Shown here: piece by piece, positions 60,108-64,000 of the stretch
Position numbering within the stretch: the stretch's first letter is position 1
Layout: the number at the start of each line of letters is the position of its first letter
Assembly (NCBI GenBank): GCA_963758715.1
Contig: CAVWWK010000001.1
Span: forward strand, 257,448 to 321,447
Length of the DNA stretch: 64,000 bases
Reading direction: 5' to 3'
Origin: an uncultured Actinomycetes bacterium
GTDB taxonomy: Bacteria > Actinomycetota > UBA4738 > HRBIN12
Position numbers and translations under genes: made by a program
Notes under the pieces: generated by a model
Seen by the model: only the letters and a program-made list of their open reading frames with translations
Databases searched by the model: none
Told to the model about the DNA's origin: nothing

Positions 60108-60773
60108 ATGGAGCTTGGGTCGGTTCTGCGCGTCCTCGCTGTCTGCGTCGTGCTGACTCTGGCGGCCGCCGCCTGCGGCAACGATATCGACCCCGACCAG
60201 GCGCTGGCGGAAGGTCTTGCCCAGCAACAAGCGGGGAACGCTGACGCCGCCGCCACCCTCTATCAGCAGGTGCTCGAGGTCAGGTCGGACGACAAGTACG
60301 CGAACTACAACCTCGGCGTGATCGAGCAAACAGATGGACGTATCCAGCTCGCCGAGGGCTACTACCGAGCCGCCCTTGATACCGACCCGAACTTCGAGCC
60401 CGCCCTCTTCAATCTCGCGATCGTGCGGACCGAGGTCGGTGCCACCCAGGAGGCCATCGACCTCTACCTACGGACCCTGGCTCTGGACCCCGCGAACGCC
60501 TCCGCCCATTTCAACGTGGGGATCCTGTTGCGCGACTCGGGCCAGGCTAGGGACGGGACCGATCACCTCAACCAGGCGCTGGAGCTCGATCCAACGCTCG
60601 CAGACCGCCTGGCGACGGAGCCGATACCTCCGGCCGAGGGTGGCTCCCAGGGAACCGCGAACGCCGGTGGGCGCCTCAGCATCGCCCTAACCCGCTCGGC
60701 TGCTATCCTTCTCGAGCCGCAGACAGCAGGGGCACGTCCGCATAATCCCTCATCGGGTACCTGCCGAGGCTGA
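60108..60773 (+). CDS. TPR-repeat lipoprotein, 3' end uncertain
   Basis: VLAVCVVLTLAAAAC possible lipobox. Three or four TPR units (AEGYYRAALDTDPNFEPALFNLAIV, AIDLYLRTLALDPANASAHFNVGILL). The tail runs into the rplJ leader. Confidence 0.65.
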   Translation: MELGSVLRVLAVCVVLTLAAAACGNDIDPDQALAEGLAQQQAGNADAAATLYQQVLEVRSDDKYANYNLGVIEQTDGRIQLAEGYYRAALDTDPNFEPALFNLAIVRTEVGATQEAIDLYLRTLALDPANASAHFNVGILLRDSGQARDGTDHLNQALELDPTLADRLATEPIPPAEGGSQGTANAGGRLSIALTRSAAILLEPQTAGARPHNPSSGTCRG

Positions 60774-60851
60774 GAAACGAAGACGCTTCGCGCTCGACGA
60801 GACGCGTCTCCGCTGTCTGCGGGGACGCGTTGTTTCATGTCAGGAGGCGCG
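60717..60851 (+). promoter_or_regulatory. structured rplJ leader (possible L10-leader-type element)
   Basis: Long-range 11-bp pairing CCGCAGACAGC (60717..60727) with GCTGTCTGCGG (60812..60822). Internal palindrome GAGACGCGTCTC. AGGAGG lies before ATG 60852. Confidence 0.3.
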
Positions 60852-61548
60852 ATGCCCACAACAGAGCCGAACATCCGCAAGGTGGAACGGGTCGCCGAGC
60901 TGAAGGAACGGATCGATCGATCCGACGCCCTGCTGCTCACCGAATACCGCGGCCTCACGGTGTCCGAGATCACCGAGCTTCGCCGGTCCCTCGCCGAGGG
61001 CGGCACGAAGTTCGCCGTGGTCAAGAACACCCTGATGCGCCGGGCGGTCAACGACGCAGGTGTCGCGGAGCTGGAATCCCTGCTCGAGGGACCATCCGCG
61101 ATCGCGTTCGTCCAAGGCGATCCCGTGGCGGCGGCCAAGTCCGTCGTCGACGCCGCGAAGAAGTTCCCCACCCTGGTGCTCAAGGGTGGGTTCATGGACG
61201 GCAAGCTGCTGTCCGCCGACGACGCGAAGTCGCTCGCCTCGCTCGAGTCGCGCGAGGTCATGCTCTCGAAGATCGCCGGCATGCTGAAGTCCGAGATGAG
61301 TCGCGCAGCCGCGACGTTCGTAGGGGCACAGTCCAAGTTCCTCGGCGTGCTCGAGGCCTACAAGGCCAAGCTGCCCGCCGAGGAGGCAGCGGCCGAGCCG
61401 TCGGCAGAGGAAGCCGCCGATGAACCCCCGCCGAGGACCGCCCGAACGAGGAAGCGTCCCGAGCGAGGAAGCCGTGGCGAACGACGAGAGCGAAGCACCC
61501 GAGGCGGAGGCTGCGGCCGACGCGGAGGGCACGACAGAGGAGGAGTAG
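60852..61548 (+). CDS. rplJ: 50S ribosomal protein L10 with acidic C-terminal tail, frameshifts in the tail (about 61430-61470)
   Basis: [55 protein letters not shown]. The tail is restored as ...[30 protein letters not shown]. Confidence 0.9.
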
Positions 61549-61550
61549 GG

Positions 61551-61943
61551 ATGGCCAAGCTGAGCAACGACGACCTGCTCGACAAGTTCAAGGAGATGAC
61601 CCTCCTGGAGCTGTCCGAGTTCATCAAGCAGTTCGAGGAGACCTTCGACGTGACCGCGGCCGCCGCCGCGCCGGTCGTGGTGGCCGGGGGCGGCGCTGCC
61701 GCCGCCGGCGGCGAGGCCGCTGCCGAGGAGCAGGACGAGTTCGACGTCGTCCTCACCGGCGCAGGCGACAAGAAGATCCAGGTGATCAAGGAGGTGCGCG
61801 CGCTCACCAGCCTCGGCCTGAAGGAGGCCAAGGACCTGGTGGACGGCGCGCCCAAGCCCGTCCTGGAGAAGGTCAACAAGGAGACCGCTGATCAGGCGAA
61901 GGAGCAGCTCGAGGGCGCCGGCGCCACCGTCGAGGTCAAGTAG
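61551..61943 (+). CDS. rplL: 50S ribosomal protein L7/L12
   Basis: [34 protein letters not shown], Ala/Gly hinge, [32 protein letters not shown]. Confidence 0.95.
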   Translation: MAKLSNDDLLDKFKEMTLLELSEFIKQFEETFDVTAAAAAPVVVAGGGAAAAGGEAAAEEQDEFDVVLTGAGDKKIQVIKEVRALTSLGLKEAKDLVDGAPKPVLEKVNKETADQAKEQLEGAGATVEVK

Positions 61944-61971
61944 CCGCGCGGTCTCCCTCGGAGACCACAAG

Positions 61972-61999
61972 GAAGGGCGGGGCAACAGCCCCGCCCTTC
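61972..61999 (+). terminator. hairpin terminator after rplL
   Basis: GAAGGGCGGGG-CAACAG-CCCCGCCCTTC, preceded by a smaller hairpin GGTCTCC-CTC-GGAGACC at 61950..61966. Confidence 0.6.
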
Positions 62000-62126
62000 G
62001 TCCGTCTTGCGCGGGAGCGCATCACGAAGCACAGGTGTTCCATCATGATGCGCCTATGCTATGGTCGCCTCGCTGGAGGACGATTCGGTAGCGAACGACC
62101 AGCGATACAGGGGGGGTTGGACCACC

Positions 62127-62537
62127 ATGCATTACCAGGATGACGGTAAGCACTTCGGCAATCGGCTTCGTGAGGCACGACTAGGAGCCGGTCTCAGCCA
62201 GTCGGAGCTCGAGGAGCTCTCCGGCATCCCCAAGGCGCGCCTCTCGCGGTACGAGAACGGCCACGTCGAGCCCTCGATCCAGACGCTCGCCCGGCTCGCA
62301 CGCGCGCTGAACGTCTCGGAAGCCTCGTTGCTCGGTGACCAGCGCGCGATCCTGGAGGACTTCTTCGAGGTGCTCCACGAACGCGGCGTGAACATCGCCA
62401 CGAAGGAGCAGGGGAACCGGCTCGCGCAGGCCGTGGCCGACATGGTGCAGGCCCTGGGCGGGATCGAGTCCGTTGCGGGCCCCGCGGAGCCGGCAGAGCC
62501 CTCGGCTACCTGGACCCGCGCCGGCGCGATGAGCTGA
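62127..62537 (+). CDS. XRE-family helix-turn-helix transcriptional regulator
   Basis: FGNRLREARLGAGLSQSELEELSGIPKARLSRYENGHVEPSIQTLARLARALNV. Alternative start at 62061. Confidence 0.8.
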   Translation: MHYQDDGKHFGNRLREARLGAGLSQSELEELSGIPKARLSRYENGHVEPSIQTLARLARALNVSEASLLGDQRAILEDFFEVLHERGVNIATKEQGNRLAQAVADMVQALGGIESVAGPAEPAEPSATWTRAGAMS

Positions 62538-62553
62538 CGCCCGCCGGACTGCG

Positions 62554-63528
62554 TTAGCGGGTTGACGCCCGCTGTCGCTCGAACTCGATCACGTCGTCGA
62601 GGATGTCGTCGAGCGTCCGCGTAGGTTTCCAGCCTGTTAGGCGAGTGATCTTGGTGATGTCGGGGACGCGCCGCTCCATGTCCTCGAAGCCTTCCTCGTA
62701 CGCCACGTCGTAGGGCACGCGCCGGATCGTCGAGGTGCTCCTCGTGCGCTCCGTGATGCGTTCGGCGAGGGCGTTGATCGTGACCTCGTTGAGCGCGCCG
62801 ATGTTGAACGGGTCGCCGGGGCTGTCGGGATGGTCGAGCAGCGAGACCACGGCAGCCACGGTGTCGTGCACGTGGCAGAAGCACCGGCGCTGCTCACCGC
62901 TGCCGAAGACGGTGATGTCGTCCCCCCGCATGGCCTGGCGCACCAACGACGGGATCACCATGCCGTACGCGCCGGTCTGCCTGGGTCCGGCGCTGTTGAA
63001 GAACCTGACAACGATCGCCTCGGTGCCGCGTTCGCGCCAGTAGGCGTGGGCCAGGATCTCGTCGACGGCCTTGGCCTCCGAATAGCTCCACCGGGCCACG
63101 AACGGAGACCCCAAGATGCGGTCGGAGTCCTCCGGGAGCGGGCCGGTGGCGTTCTTGCCGTAGACCTCGGAGGTCGAAGCCACCAGCACCCGGCACCCGC
63201 CCATGGCGGCCGCGTCGAGCACGATCTCGGTGCCCCGGATGTTCGTGAGGAGCGACTGCAGGGGTTTCTCCACGATCAGCTTGACGCCGACCGCGGCGGC
63301 CAGGTGGACGACGACGTCCGCCCGGCCGGCTAGCTGGGCCACCATGGGGTGGTCGAGCACGGTGCCCTCTCGCAGGGTGAATCGCCGATGGTCAAGCAGG
63401 TGGCGAACGTTGTCGATGGAGCCGGTAGAGACGTCGTCGAACGCGACAACGGTGTCGCCCCGAGCGAGCAACACGTCCGCGAGGTGGGAACCGATGAATC
63501 CGGCGCCGCCGGTGATCAGGTAGTTCAT
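62554..63528 (-). CDS. NAD-dependent NDP-sugar epimerase/dehydratase (extended SDR)
   Basis: MNYLITGGAGFIGSHL, STSEVYG, YSEAK catalytic YxxxK. Start is the internal ATG of listed ORF 62554..63567. Confidence 0.85.
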   Translation of the reverse strand: MNYLITGGAGFIGSHLADVLLARGDTVVAFDDVSTGSIDNVRHLLDHRRFTLREGTVLDHPMVAQLAGRADVVVHLAAAVGVKLIVEKPLQSLLTNIRGTEIVLDAAAMGGCRVLVASTSEVYGKNATGPLPEDSDRILGSPFVARWSYSEAKAVDEILAHAYWRERGTEAIVVRFFNSAGPRQTGAYGMVIPSLVRQAMRGDDITVFGSGEQRRCFCHVHDTVAAVVSLLDHPDSPGDPFNIGALNEVTINALAERITERTRSTSTIRRVPYDVAYEEGFEDMERRVPDITKITRLTGWKPTRTLDDILDDVIEFERQRASTR

Positions 63529-63759
63529 GTCGAGTCGCGTGAAGCGTAGGAGCGTTCTCAGCCACATCCAAGCTGATGAGATACCCGATTCCGGGCATCT
63601 GAAGTACAGCCCTCAGGTGTCGATGCCTGAACCATGGCGTTCCGCGTTCTTCCGCTCGGAGAACCGGCCGGCCCGGTCCTCGCACCCTCGCCGGATCCAT
63701 CGGGGACCTCTGCCGCCACCCCCGATCGGTCCCGCCACCCGTCGCTCGGTGGGCCGCGC

Positions 63760-64000
63760 GTGTTGCGGGTGGTCACGAGGCTGAACGTTGGTGGCCCGGC
63801 GCGCCAGGCGCTGTTCCTGACCCGCGAGATGCGGGATCGAGGCTTCCAGACGCGGCTCGTGTGGGGCGCGTCCGGCCCTCGCGAAGGCACGATGGAACCT
63901 CCTCCGGACATGCCCGCGACCTTCATGCCCTGGCTCACCCGTGAGCTCAGCCCCGCCCAGGATCTGCGCGCCTTCCGGGATCTGCGGTCCATGATGCGGC
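63760..64000 (+). CDS. GT4-type glycosyltransferase, N-terminal part only (runs off window)
   Basis: The frame is open from GTG 63760 to the window end: VLRVVTRLNVGGPARQALFLTREMRDRGFQTRLVWG. Confidence 0.55.
   Translation, partial: MLRVVTRLNVGGPARQALFLTREMRDRGFQTRLVWGASGPREGTMEPPPDMPATFMPWLTRELSPAQDLRAFRDLRSMMR

Noticed and set aside
58761-60329. 522-aa minus-strand ORF (Pro/Ala/Val/Ser-rich) covering the collagen-like gene
   Set aside because: It is the reverse complement of GGN-NNN-NNN repeats. It has no start context or domain, and the plus strand has an SD sequence, signal sequence, G-X-Y tract and terminator. It is a shadow ORF.

Overview
GC-rich bacterial chromosomal window with strong third-position GC bias. 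Gene order resembles Actinomycetota: rpmG, hadAB-like hot-dog genes, tRNA-Trp, secE, nusG, rplKA, a gap, then rplJL. No rRNA, CRISPR array, integrase, transposase or phage gene was recognised.

Content in order:
(1) 1-9.3 kb: carbohydrate ABC transporter operon coupled to a secreted beta-helix/NPCBM protein, a GH4 glycosidase, a PfkB kinase and a DUF2090 aldolase-like gene.
(2) 9.4-11.6 kb: two divergent YcaQ/AlkZ-like winged-helix genes.
(3) 11.7-14.9 kb: minus-strand DUF1353, animal-type haem peroxidase, proline iminopeptidase string.
(4) 15-17 kb: patch of gene remnants (truncated SMP-30, truncated potB-like, intact potC-like, a 95-bp gene fragment).
(5) 17-22.2 kb: aldolase-HAD-dhaL-dhaK operon and a GAF histidine kinase/NarL regulator pair.
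(6) 22.4-36.7 kb: tRNA-Thr followed by about 13 kb of accessory metabolic and stress genes (GH15, DUF2252, DUF6325-like, HdeD, gluconolactonase, glucose-dehydrogenase-like ADH, a cysteine-less flavoprotein disulfide reductase homologue, MFS, nitronate monooxygenase). It ends at a tRNA-Thr-like 3' fragment.
(7) 37-43.7 kb: FGE plus arylsulfatase, then a SARP regulator divergent from two tandemly duplicated calcium-binding (GGxGxD) secreted proteins.
(8) 43.7-51.4 kb: tRNA-Met, tuf, rpmG, inverted NarL regulator, hadAB-like, a repeat-containing helical protein, tRNA-Trp, secE, nusG, rplK, rplA.
(9) 51.4-60.8 kb: insert between rplA and rplJ encoding GT4, AsnB-type amidotransferase, Wzx-like flippase, methyltransferase, a 738-aa polytopic membrane protein, a collagen-like (G-X-Y) secreted protein and a TPR lipoprotein.
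(10) 60.8-64 kb: rplJ, rplL, XRE regulator, SDR epimerase, start of another GT4.

Many genes, including essential ones (tuf, nusG, rplA, rplJ), carry 1-nt indel frameshifts, mostly in homopolymer runs, and rplK carries an in-frame TAG. These defects cluster in particular stretches. Coordinates of affected genes are reconstructions across frames. The most system-like candidate is the glycan-assembly/collagen-like module inside the ribosomal-protein cluster. This is a hypothesis from gene content, not a demonstrated system.
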